Shown here: piece by piece, positions 56,131 through 64,000 of the stretch | How the letters are laid out: each line of letters starts with the position of its first letter | Numbering within the stretch: position 1 is the stretch's first letter | DNA from: an uncultured Selenomonadales bacterium | GTDB lineage: Bacteria > Bacillota > Negativicutes > Selenomonadales > Selenomonadaceae | Direction: 5' to 3' | NCBI GenBank assembly: GCA_947304355.1 | Contig: CAMZAX010000001.1 | Span: forward strand, 78,950-142,949 | Length of the DNA: 64,000 nucleotides | Notes under the pieces: generated by a model | The model's input: the letters and a program-made list of their open reading frames with translations, nothing else | Databases searched by the model: none | What the model was told of the DNA's origin: nothing | Translations under genes and position numbers: made by a program

Positions 56131-57944
56131 TAAATCATCTCCGGTTCTTTTGCTACTGCGTTAAAAATAAATTCGCTTGCCGACATGCCGTTGCGCTTGC
56201 GATAATTCAAACACGCGTCGAAAACTTCGCGGCGTTTGTCTTTCAGCGGGTCGTCGCCTTCGATAAAAATCTTTTGAACGGCGGCGGCAATTTGCTCGTG
56301 ATTTTTCCCGTCGACAATGTATGAAACTTCCAAGATTTTTTCGCCAAGTTCGGTGAATCGCTCCGCCGGGTTATTTAACAGAAAAATCATCGGCTTGTGC
56401 GTGAATTGATATTCGGCAATGAAAGAGCAGCTGTCGTGAATCATGCCGTCGCTTGTGGCAAAAATCGCTTGATAGTAGCCGCCGGTGCAGACTTGCGCGT
56501 TGGGCAGGTCGTTCCACATCTGCAGATACTCGTTGAATGCCTCGTCGGAAGGAAAAAGCTTTGTATTGGTTGCCACTCTCAGCAGGCGGGGATGCGGCTT
56601 GACGACCCAAGACGTTTCGGGGTGCGCCTTTGCGAATTCGTACATGAATTTATAATTCCAAGGAAACGTCGCGTAATTTTCGGGCGGGTTGTCGTATTCA
56701 AACGACCAATGCGGTGCCCAAATGATTTTCACGGCGTCGGAGCGCGTCTTCTTCCACGGGAACGAAAGTTTGTCGGCGTTCTCCAAAAGCAAATCCATTT
56801 TCGGCGCGCCGCTGACAAAAGCGCGCGGGACGCCAACTTTGCAACCTGCGTCAAAGAACTTGAGCGTAACTTCGCTGTTGAAAAAAAGTTTCCACGCGAG
56901 GCAGAAGACGGGAAGATTGCAATTCCAATTAATTAATACCGGACCAATGCCGTAGTGCATATAACATATGAGCGTTTGCGGTGTCAGCACGTCGAATTGA
57001 AAGCTCCGCGAAAAATGTTCGAAATACGGGCGCAAGAAAAACACCACGTCTTGAGGCGGCGTCTCTTCCTGCAAATCGTAAATGGCGACGACGTTAAGCC
57101 CTGCCGTCTTGAATTGCTCGACATCGTGCACGGCGTCCGCCAAGGTTGATTCTTCACCGTGACAAAGAAAAATCGTCGTCTCGAAACGCGGATTCTCGGC
57201 AAAGAGATTGTACAGCTTATCGCCGCACCACGTGGCAGCGTGATCCGTCACGAAGGCGACGCGAATTTTTTTCTTGCAGCGGAGGTTTTCGACGGTGATT
57301 GAAAAAATTTTCGCCATCAGCTCGTTGAAAAAATCTTTGTCCGTCACGTAAGACAGCGCGAAAAAATACGAATACGGCAATCGGCAAAAATCTTCCTGCG
57401 AAAAAATTTGCAAGTTAAGCAACCGCATTGCCAACGTCACGCTCGCGACGAGTGCGCCCGCGTCATTTAAGCGCGTCTCGTCGTCGAAGGCGGTTTCGGA
57501 AATTTTCACGTCGAACATATCCAAAACCTTGAGGTCGCGGGATTTTTGCAGCTCGGTCAAAATATCGACAAGCGGCGTCAGAAACATTTTTTGATAACGT
57601 GCGCGGGCGGCGGGGGCGACGGGCATAATCACCGCGACGGGCAACGCGCCTTTAGAGCGGCAAAGTTCAATGCAGTCGCTTAAAGCCTGAAAGTTGTCGT
57701 CGAAGACTTCGGGCGTCAAATTATCGTTCGCGTCGCGAAACAACACGTCGCAAGTCAAACCGATAAGCACGAAATTAATTTCGCCGCGCCCGACCAGTTT
57801 GAAAAGACTTTCCGCCGTCGCAAGGCTTTGTGGAAGAGTTTGTCCGTTGCCGGCGAAGTTGCCGCTTTGCGAATCGACGGGCGTCAAGAGATTCAAATTA
57901 AGCCCCGCTTTGACCGCACCGTTACCGATTGCAAAAAATTTCAT
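56130..57944 (-). CDS. TagB/TagF-family (CDP-alcohol phosphotransferase-like) enzyme with an N-terminal SGNH/DltD-like domain
   Basis: C-terminal IIWAPHWS...SDGMIHDSCSFIAEYQFTHKPMIFL corresponds to the YAPTxR...DYSS...KP pattern of Glyphos_transf as I recall it. Confidence 0.6.
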   Translation of the reverse strand: MKFFAIGNGAVKAGLNLNLLTPVDSQSGNFAGNGQTLPQSLATAESLFKLVGRGEINFVLIGLTCDVLFRDANDNLTPEVFDDNFQALSDCIELCRSKGALPVAVIMPVAPAARARYQKMFLTPLVDILTELQKSRDLKVLDMFDVKISETAFDDETRLNDAGALVASVTLAMRLLNLQIFSQEDFCRLPYSYFFALSYVTDKDFFNELMAKIFSITVENLRCKKKIRVAFVTDHAATWCGDKLYNLFAENPRFETTIFLCHGEESTLADAVHDVEQFKTAGLNVVAIYDLQEETPPQDVVFFLRPYFEHFSRSFQFDVLTPQTLICYMHYGIGPVLINWNCNLPVFCLAWKLFFNSEVTLKFFDAGCKVGVPRAFVSGAPKMDLLLENADKLSFPWKKTRSDAVKIIWAPHWSFEYDNPPENYATFPWNYKFMYEFAKAHPETSWVVKPHPRLLRVATNTKLFPSDEAFNEYLQMWNDLPNAQVCTGGYYQAIFATSDGMIHDSCSFIAEYQFTHKPMIFLLNNPAERFTELGEKILEVSYIVDGKNHEQIAAAVQKIFIEGDDPLKDKRREVFDACLNYRKRNGMSASEFIFNAVAKEPEMI

Positions 57945-57959
57945 TGTGTCGCCTCCGAA

Positions 57960-58544
57960 TCAAAGCGCGCCCTTCGTCGAGGGAATGCCGGTAATTTTGT
58001 CGTCGTGAGCGACCGCCGTCCTTAATGCGTGCCCCAACGCCTTGAATATCGCTTCAACCTTGTGGTGAGAATTTTTGCCGTAAAGAATTTTGACATGCAA
58101 CGTCAAGCCCGCGTTGAAGGCGAAGGCGCGCAAAAATTCTTCGACAAGCTCGGTGTCGAACGCTCCGATTGTCGGGGCAAGTTCGCCGATTTCGCAAACC
58201 AAGAACGGGCGTCCGCTGATGTCCAGGCTGACAAGGGCAAGCGTCTCGTCCATCGGCAAGAAGAACGTCCCGTAGCGCGTGATGCCGCGTTTGTCGCCCA
58301 GAGCCGCCTTCAACGCCGCGCCCATTGCGATTCCGATGTCTTCAACGCTGTGGTGCCCGTCGACTTCCAAATCGCCTGCGCAGACGACCTTCAAATCGAA
58401 CTGCCCGTGCGCCGCGAACAAATTCAACATGTGGTCAAAAAATCCTATGCCCGACGAAATTTCAGCCGTGCCCGCGCCGTCCAAGTTCAATTCAACGTCA
58501 ATGCGCGTTTCGTTCGTCGCGCGGTTAATTTTGCCGATTCGCAT
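57960..58544 (-). CDS. hisB: Imidazoleglycerol-phosphate dehydratase
   Basis: RATNETRIDVELNLDG, HHSVEDIGIA, HHKVEAIFKA. Confidence 0.93.
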   Translation of the reverse strand: MRIGKINRATNETRIDVELNLDGAGTAEISSGIGFFDHMLNLFAAHGQFDLKVVCAGDLEVDGHHSVEDIGIAMGAALKAALGDKRGITRYGTFFLPMDETLALVSLDISGRPFLVCEIGELAPTIGAFDTELVEEFLRAFAFNAGLTLHVKILYGKNSHHKVEAIFKALGHALRTAVAHDDKITGIPSTKGAL

Positions 58545-58656
58545 TCAACACTCCTCCAAAAAAAATTTACGAAACTAGCAATGCGCCAGCGTTGCGTTCC
58601 GTCGCGGCGATGACCTTTGAATCATGAGCGGCACGGCGCGACTGCAGGATGCAACG

Positions 58657-59724
58657 TCACGTTGCTCCGACCTCCAAGAAATTTTCTATCGCGGCAAAGA
58701 CTTCGTTGTTTTCGTCGCGCGTGCCGATTGAAATGCGCAGGCAGTTCTTCAGCCCGAACGCCGTCGGCGAAAAGTAGCGTATGCCTATGCCCAACGATTC
58801 AAGATAGTCTTTAAGCTCCTCCGCGCGTGCGAGCCGAATCAGCAAAAAATTCGCTTCGGACGGAAAGACTTTGACGCCGGGCAGGGCTTTAAGGCGTGCT
58901 CTCATGCGTTCGCGTTCGTCGATTATCATTTTCATACGCGGGATAAATTCTTCGCGCATTTGATAGACGACGTCCGCCACCGCCAAGCTTAAAACGTTCA
59001 AGTGATACGGCATGAAAGTTTTGTTAATCATGCGTGTGACTTCGGCTTGAGCAATCATGTAACCGACGCGCGCGCCCGCCAGCCCGTAAGCTTTTGAGAA
59101 CGTGCGGGCGACAATCAAGTTGGGGTATTGCGCGACGAGCGCGACTGCCGATCGTCCGTAGAATTCGACGTAAGCTTCGTCGAGCAGGAAGGGGCAATTA
59201 ATCGACGCGGCGATATGTTCGACCTGTTCGGGCGTCAAGGCGTTGCCTGTCGGGTTGTTCGGGTTGCAGACGACGGCAAGGCTTGCGTCGACAGAACGAA
59301 TCTTTTCAATGAACGCGTCCGCGTCCAAATCGAAACGCCTGCCCAAGTCGAAAGGCACGCCGTCAGCATCGGCAGCCTTCGCGTAGATTTTGTACATGGA
59401 AAAGCTCGGTTGCGGGTAGACAATCTTCCTGCCCGCGCCGCCGAACGCGTGAAAAACTTTTTCGATAATTTCGCTTGAGCCGCCGCCCAATAAAATCTGC
59501 GCGGCGTCGACGGAAAAATTTTGAGCAATCTGCTTGACCAGCGAATAATATTCCTCGTTCGGGTAGCGATTGAGCGCAAGCAACGCAAGCCGATTCATTA
59601 CGCGTTCTTCGACGGCGGGCGGCAGTGACAGCGTCGATTCGTTTGCGTTGACTTTGACGCGATAATTTTTTTCCACTCCGTCATAGGACGGCATTTCGTC
59701 GAGTCCGTTTCTGTAGTTGAGCAT
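58657..59724 (-). CDS. hisC: Histidinol-phosphate aminotransferase
   Basis: NANES, NPNNPTG, DEAYVEF, TFSKAYGLAGARVGY, PSEANF. ATG 59724 with AAGAGG upstream. Confidence 0.88.
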   Translation of the reverse strand: MLNYRNGLDEMPSYDGVEKNYRVKVNANESTLSLPPAVEERVMNRLALLALNRYPNEEYYSLVKQIAQNFSVDAAQILLGGGSSEIIEKVFHAFGGAGRKIVYPQPSFSMYKIYAKAADADGVPFDLGRRFDLDADAFIEKIRSVDASLAVVCNPNNPTGNALTPEQVEHIAASINCPFLLDEAYVEFYGRSAVALVAQYPNLIVARTFSKAYGLAGARVGYMIAQAEVTRMINKTFMPYHLNVLSLAVADVVYQMREEFIPRMKMIIDERERMRARLKALPGVKVFPSEANFLLIRLARAEELKDYLESLGIGIRYFSPTAFGLKNCLRISIGTRDENNEVFAAIENFLEVGAT

Positions 59725-59903
59725 TCGCAAAACCTCTTGCAGTTTTTGACGTGATTATATCAGCTGCCGAAAACTTTTGCACTAAAAATTTTTGCGCCGA
59801 CACCCGTGACTTGAAGCGCACCGCGCAACTTGACTGCCAAAAACCGAACTGATAAACTGTCTTCTATAATGATTGTAATGTGTAATTTTTTGGGGGTGTT
59901 CTC

Positions 59904-62498
59904 TTGAATAAATTTGATACCGTCCTCGTTATGCCCGATCAGACTTTTCTTGAAAATGCCGTATCAAATTTGAACTTGGATAACGTAAACCTGGTCGCCG
60001 TCATGACCGAAACCGCAGACGACGCAGAGCCGCTGACAATCAATCAGCAAATCGTCCTGCACGTCGACTTTTCCGCCGTCAAAGAACTTTTAAATCAAGA
60101 GAGCGACACGCTGTGGCTTATCTGCGGCTGCTTGAACGGCATTGAAGACATTCGCCGCGCCAAGGAACGCTTGACTGCCGACGGCGTCCCCGAAGACAAA
60201 ATTATAAACTTTGAACTCGCCGCGCAGATAAATTTTGCATGGTTGGCAAATCTCCGCCACGTCGAAAAGAACGGCGCAGATTTTTTCGTGACGGGTGCCT
60301 CGCTCAGCGAACTCGGTCTGGATTTCAAATACATGCCCGGCGGCACGGGCGTCAATCTCGCCGACTGCAGGCAAGATTTGCGGCAAAGTTATCTGACTGC
60401 CAAACACGTCTTTGAACACGTCGCGCCCGGCTCCGTCAAGTTCGTCCTTATCGGCATTGAGCCGTTTGCGTTTGATTACGACGACCTCGACAGCTTTGCC
60501 GTCTTCCCGAAAAATTTTCAATACGAACTCGCGTTCAACGACGCGCCGAATTTTTCTGCCCTGCGCCGACCCGAATTGCTCAACGAAATTGTCAAAGAGC
60601 AACTCAAGCCCGCGTCCGTCGAAAAGCCCGATTTGAACTTCGACAACACGAAAGCTTACTTCAAGCAGCTGTTCCCGAACAAAATGTTGCTTGCGTCCAA
60701 GGGCGACATGAAATTTCTGACTGCCGCCGACATCGATAAAAATCTGCAAATCCTCAATGAATACATCGCTCTTTGCCGCGCGCACGGTGCCAAGCCCGTC
60801 GGCGTGATTATCCCGTTCCCGTCCGCGACTAAAAATTTCGTCGACGAAAAAATTCTTGAAACCTTCCGCCAAAAGCTCCGCACCCTCGAAAAAGATTCCG
60901 ATTTCTTTTTCGCAGACCTGTCCGTCGCAAATCTCCTTGACAATTATTTTTACTCGCCGTATCACTTGAACTTGAAGGGTGCCGTCGCAACGAGTGTTTT
61001 ACTCAGCACGCGCCTCTTCGGCAAGGAAATTGTTTCGTCGCAGGAAATTTGCAACATGAGCAGCGAATATTTCGACGTGCTGTCAAAAATGTTCCCGAAA
61101 AATTACAACACGGTCATGGCGCAAATCTTCACCGACATACCTTACGACAACTTCAAACAGCTGTCCGACAAAATACCAAAGGAAAGTTTCTGCGACTTGC
61201 TGGAACAATTTTTCTTCGACATGCCCTATGACGAATTCAAAAAGCTGTCCAAGACTTTGCCCAAAGACGAGTACAACGACTTCATGGCGCAAACCTTTGC
61301 GGCGTCCGAACGCAGACTAAGCCGCGCGAAAAAAATAAAAGTCGGCTTCGTCATATTCAATTCGTCAATGTGGTGCGGCGACGAACTGTATAACCTCTTC
61401 GCCCGCGACGAACGCTTCGAGCCGACCGTTTTCCTCTGCCGTTCTAACGAAGACTTCAGAAACATGCTTGTTCAAGACGAATTCACGCAAAGCGTCGAAC
61501 GTTTCAAATCCCACGGCTTGAATCTCGTCTTGCCGACAAGCATAGACGACAAAATGCCTCCGCAAGATATTTTGATTTTGCTGTCGCCGTATGTGCCGCC
61601 TTTGCCGAGAGACTTTCGCACGTCGACGCTCACAGTGAAAACTTTGATGATTAACATTCCGCATTCGCTCAGCATTTCAAAGCGCGACGAATTTTTGGAC
61701 AGCTCCCTTTTCCATGTCGTGTGGAAAATGTTCTTTTCGTCGACGATCGAATTGGAACTGCAAGACAAAATGTGCTCCGTGGGTATGCCGCGCGGCATTT
61801 ACAGCGGCTATTCGAAAATGGACGAGTTCTTTGACCCGAATCGGATTTTCAGTTTCAGCTGGAAGTTGACGCGCCCCGACGCCAAAAAAATCATTTACGC
61901 GCCGCATTGGTCGATAAACGCCTCCACAAAATACGCAACCTTCCAATGGAATTATCAATTCATGTACGAATTCGCCAAAGCGCACCCGGAAATTTCTTGG
62001 GTCGTCAAGCCGCACCCCGCGCTGTTTTTCTCGGCACTCGATGAAAATATTTTCCCGTCTTCTGTCGAACTTGAAGAGTACTTTCAAAAGTGGGACGACT
62101 TGCCAAACGCGCAGGTTTACACAGGCAACTACTATCAGTCAATCTTCGCCACGAGCGACGGCATGATTCACGACAGCGGCTCCTTTATCGCCGAATATCA
62201 ATACGTCGATAAGCCGATGATTTTTTTGACGCGCGAAGGCGAAGTTTTCAACGAACTGGGCGAAAAAATTTTGGCGGCGTCCTATCCTGTCGACGGCAAA
62301 GATTTTGACGCCATCTCCGCCGCGATACAAAAAATCTTCCTGCAGGGCAACGACGACAAGTATGCCGAGCGCAAGGCTGTTTTCGACGAGTATCTTAATT
62401 ATCCGAAGTATCTGGGTATGTCGGCGAGCAAATTCATTTACAGAAGCATTGCCGAGGCTCTCAAGCCGGCAGTCGGCGTAAAAGGGGCTAGGAACTAG
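59904..62498 (+). CDS. Second, longer TagB/TagF-family paralog with an SGNH/DltD-like N-terminal region and 28-aa tandem repeats
   Basis: IIYAPHWS...SDGMIHDSGSFIAEYQYVDKPMIFL is highly similar to 56130..57944. The last codons and the TAG stop lie in a heptamer tract. Confidence 0.6.
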   Translation: MNKFDTVLVMPDQTFLENAVSNLNLDNVNLVAVMTETADDAEPLTINQQIVLHVDFSAVKELLNQESDTLWLICGCLNGIEDIRRAKERLTADGVPEDKIINFELAAQINFAWLANLRHVEKNGADFFVTGASLSELGLDFKYMPGGTGVNLADCRQDLRQSYLTAKHVFEHVAPGSVKFVLIGIEPFAFDYDDLDSFAVFPKNFQYELAFNDAPNFSALRRPELLNEIVKEQLKPASVEKPDLNFDNTKAYFKQLFPNKMLLASKGDMKFLTAADIDKNLQILNEYIALCRAHGAKPVGVIIPFPSATKNFVDEKILETFRQKLRTLEKDSDFFFADLSVANLLDNYFYSPYHLNLKGAVATSVLLSTRLFGKEIVSSQEICNMSSEYFDVLSKMFPKNYNTVMAQIFTDIPYDNFKQLSDKIPKESFCDLLEQFFFDMPYDEFKKLSKTLPKDEYNDFMAQTFAASERRLSRAKKIKVGFVIFNSSMWCGDELYNLFARDERFEPTVFLCRSNEDFRNMLVQDEFTQSVERFKSHGLNLVLPTSIDDKMPPQDILILLSPYVPPLPRDFRTSTLTVKTLMINIPHSLSISKRDEFLDSSLFHVVWKMFFSSTIELELQDKMCSVGMPRGIYSGYSKMDEFFDPNRIFSFSWKLTRPDAKKIIYAPHWSINASTKYATFQWNYQFMYEFAKAHPEISWVVKPHPALFFSALDENIFPSSVELEEYFQKWDDLPNAQVYTGNYYQSIFATSDGMIHDSGSFIAEYQYVDKPMIFLTREGEVFNELGEKILAASYPVDGKDFDAISAAIQKIFLQGNDDKYAERKAVFDEYLNYPKYLGMSASKFIYRSIAEALKPAVGVKGARN

Positions 62499-62512
62499 GG
62501 ACTAGGGACAAG
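62484..62512. repeat. Mixed heptamer tract
   Basis: GGGGCTA GGAACTA GGGACTA GGGACAA G. Confidence 0.9.
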
Positions 62513-62513
62513 T

Positions 62514-62556
62514 AAAAAATCCCCGCCGCTCTTCGTGAGTGACGGGGATTTTTATT
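62514..62556. terminator. Bidirectional terminator hairpin, near-duplicate of 32857..32888
   Basis: AAAAAATCCCCG ... CGGGGATTTTTAT. Shares TCCCCGCCG...GTGAGTGACGGGGATTTTT with the earlier site. Confidence 0.6.
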
Positions 62557-62583
62557 TGCGCATTACGCCTTGCACATTACGGA

Positions 62584-64000
62584 TTATTTGTCGTCGCCCA
62601 TGTAGCTGACAACGGGAGTGAAGCTGTCCTTCTTGACGAGATCCAAGCCTGCGTCGAAGTCATAAGGCGTGTAACTCGCGCTGAAGGCGTCCGTAATGTC
62701 GGTGAGTGCCGCCGCGTCCGTGCTGTAGTTGTCGTCCGCCAAAAGGACATCAGAGCTCGCCTTATAACTCGGTTCGATCGCGTTGCCTTTGGTGTCGACG
62801 ATACTTATCGACGCAATGGCGGAGCCTTTGCCTGTCAAGGTAATGGTGCCTTCGTTTTTGGTGCCCGCGCCGATTGTGATGACAGCATTCGAGCCGTCTT
62901 TTTCAATAGCGATGACATTGGCTTTGGCGTTGGTCATGATTTTGTCTGTTGCCTGCGCGAAGCTTGCGATAGTGTCGTCGCCGTCGCCCGTCGCGTAGTA
63001 GAACGTATTGTTGCCGCCGCCGCTCTTAATGGAGTCGTCGCCTTTGCCAGCGTTGATACTCGCGCTGCCGCCCGAAATGCTGATGGAGTCGTCGCCTGCG
63101 CCCGCCGCGATAGAGACGCCTGCGCCCGCCGCAGTAATCGTGTCGGCAGTCGACGCGCCCGTTATCTTGCCGGTGTAGTCGCTTGCGAATTTGAAACCGT
63201 AAGTCTCTTTGCCGTCGATTGTCACGGCTTTGCTGAGTTTTTCCGTCGCGGGCGAAATCGTGGTCGAGGAAGTCGTGAAGCTGTAGCCGTCCATTGCGCC
63301 CTTGTTGACGCCCTTGATAACCGCGAGAACCGCTTTCGGCTGGTCGTTGGTGTAAGTAAGTTTCGTGTCGCTTGTTTGCGTGAAGCCCGCCGAAACCGAG
63401 GCAGTCAAGTTGGCGGTCGTGCTTGTGCCGGTTACCCACTTTGCCGTTGCTTGCGGCGTCGCTTTTGTGGCGTCGGAGCCGAGGACAAGCGTGTATTCGG
63501 AAGGAACGCTGTCAACGGTCTTGTTGGTGAGCGTGACGGTCTTGCCGTCGAGCTGAGCCGCGCCCAACGTGATGACGTTATTTTTGACGAGACCGCTGAT
63601 GTCAACGTCTTTCTTTATGCCGCTGACTTCGGCGTAGACTTTGCCTTTTTCGTCAAACGGCTTGTTGTAGACGATCGCGCCTTTGTCGAGCGTGTAATAA
63701 GCCGGTTTGTAAGTCTTCAAAGTGGCTTTCACGCTACTGGTGACCCATTCGGTTTTCAGCTTTTTTGCGTATTCCGCGTCGGGGATTTTTTCGCCGAGGG
63801 CAAGCGCGTAGGTGTAGCCCGTCGCGTTTCTGATTGTGACTTTCGACGTGCCGAGCAAATCAGGGTCCTCTATGGTGAGGGTGTCGTTCTTGTTTTCCGG
63901 CGTGTTGATGACTGTAGCGTCAATGTCGCCTTCAAAAGTTTTGCTGAGCCCGCTTATCGTCGTAAGAACCGCGTTGTCCTGGTTCGCCGTGTACTCCAAG
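62584..64000 (-). CDS. C-terminal part of a large secreted repeat protein with RTX-like Gly/Asp repeats (N-terminus outside the window)
   Basis: AGAGDDSISISGGSASINAGKGDDSIKSGGGNNTFYYATGDGDDTI; Thr/Lys-rich beta-type repeats. The ORF is open to the window edge. Confidence 0.6.
   Translation of the reverse strand, partial: LEYTANQDNAVLTTISGLSKTFEGDIDATVINTPENKNDTLTIEDPDLLGTSKVTIRNATGYTYALALGEKIPDAEYAKKLKTEWVTSSVKATLKTYKPAYYTLDKGAIVYNKPFDEKGKVYAEVSGIKKDVDISGLVKNNVITLGAAQLDGKTVTLTNKTVDSVPSEYTLVLGSDATKATPQATAKWVTGTSTTANLTASVSAGFTQTSDTKLTYTNDQPKAVLAVIKGVNKGAMDGYSFTTSSTTISPATEKLSKAVTIDGKETYGFKFASDYTGKITGASTADTITAAGAGVSIAAGAGDDSISISGGSASINAGKGDDSIKSGGGNNTFYYATGDGDDTIASFAQATDKIMTNAKANVIAIEKDGSNAVITIGAGTKNEGTITLTGKGSAIASISIVDTKGNAIEPSYKASSDVLLADDNYSTDAAALTDITDAFSASYTPYDFDAGLDLVKKDSFTPVVSYMGDDK

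Noticed and set aside
1-64000. tRNA, rRNA, IS elements, integrases, restriction-modification or cas genes
   Set aside because: I scanned all intergenic gaps and ORF translations by eye and recognised none. Absence should be confirmed with tRNAscan-SE, Infernal and ISfinder.

Overview
Chromosomal window from a moderately GC-rich, probably anaerobic Bacillota-type bacterium. The taxon call is tentative. It rests on a DnaK that lacks the large N-terminal insert of classical Gram-negatives, a BofA-family gene, and a Firmicutes-like yaaR(DUF327)-holB-yaaT(PSP1)-methyltransferase gene order. A C-terminal RTX-like repeat protein hints at a diderm or Negativicutes-like lineage, but that is speculation. 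There are about 60 tightly packed protein genes. I found no rRNA, tRNA, CRISPR array, integrase or transposase. Core content: larE-like, dnaJ, dnaK, grpE, rfbD, leuS, bofA, fmt, ruvB, DAHP synthase, trmB, tsaD, queF, pyridoxamine kinase, Fe-ADH, the holB cluster, ComEC-like MBL, amidase plus GerMN, M48 protease, cysK plus LysR, dhaL, AGCS symporter, CydCD-like ABC, rimO, fabF, and ftsX plus M23. Four things stand out. (1) A low-GC island (1..~4160) holds two divergent DUF4417-led three-gene cassettes, each ordered DUF4417 -> small toxin-like gene (one EndoU-like) -> small acidic immunity-like gene. (2) A minus-strand operon (51908..59724) and a divergent paralog (59904..62498) combine hisC-hisB with two TagF-like phosphotransferases, a nucleotidyltransferase/PLP-enzyme fusion and an opine-dehydrogenase/NDK fusion. 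This is a candidate pathway for a novel phosphodiester-linked surface substituent. (3) A family of tandem heptanucleotide tracts (GGGACAA, AGGAATG, CTAGTTC/GGAACTA, GGGACTA, AATGCGN) occurs at 8 or more sites. Most sit at gene boundaries, but two lie in frame inside genes: the ABC-transporter linker and the N-terminus of a 1478-aa GT2-TPR-2xGT41 protein. (4) A ~500-nt highly structured intergenic region (24537..25041) may hold unclassified RNA element(s). All family assignments come from motif recognition by eye, not from database searches.
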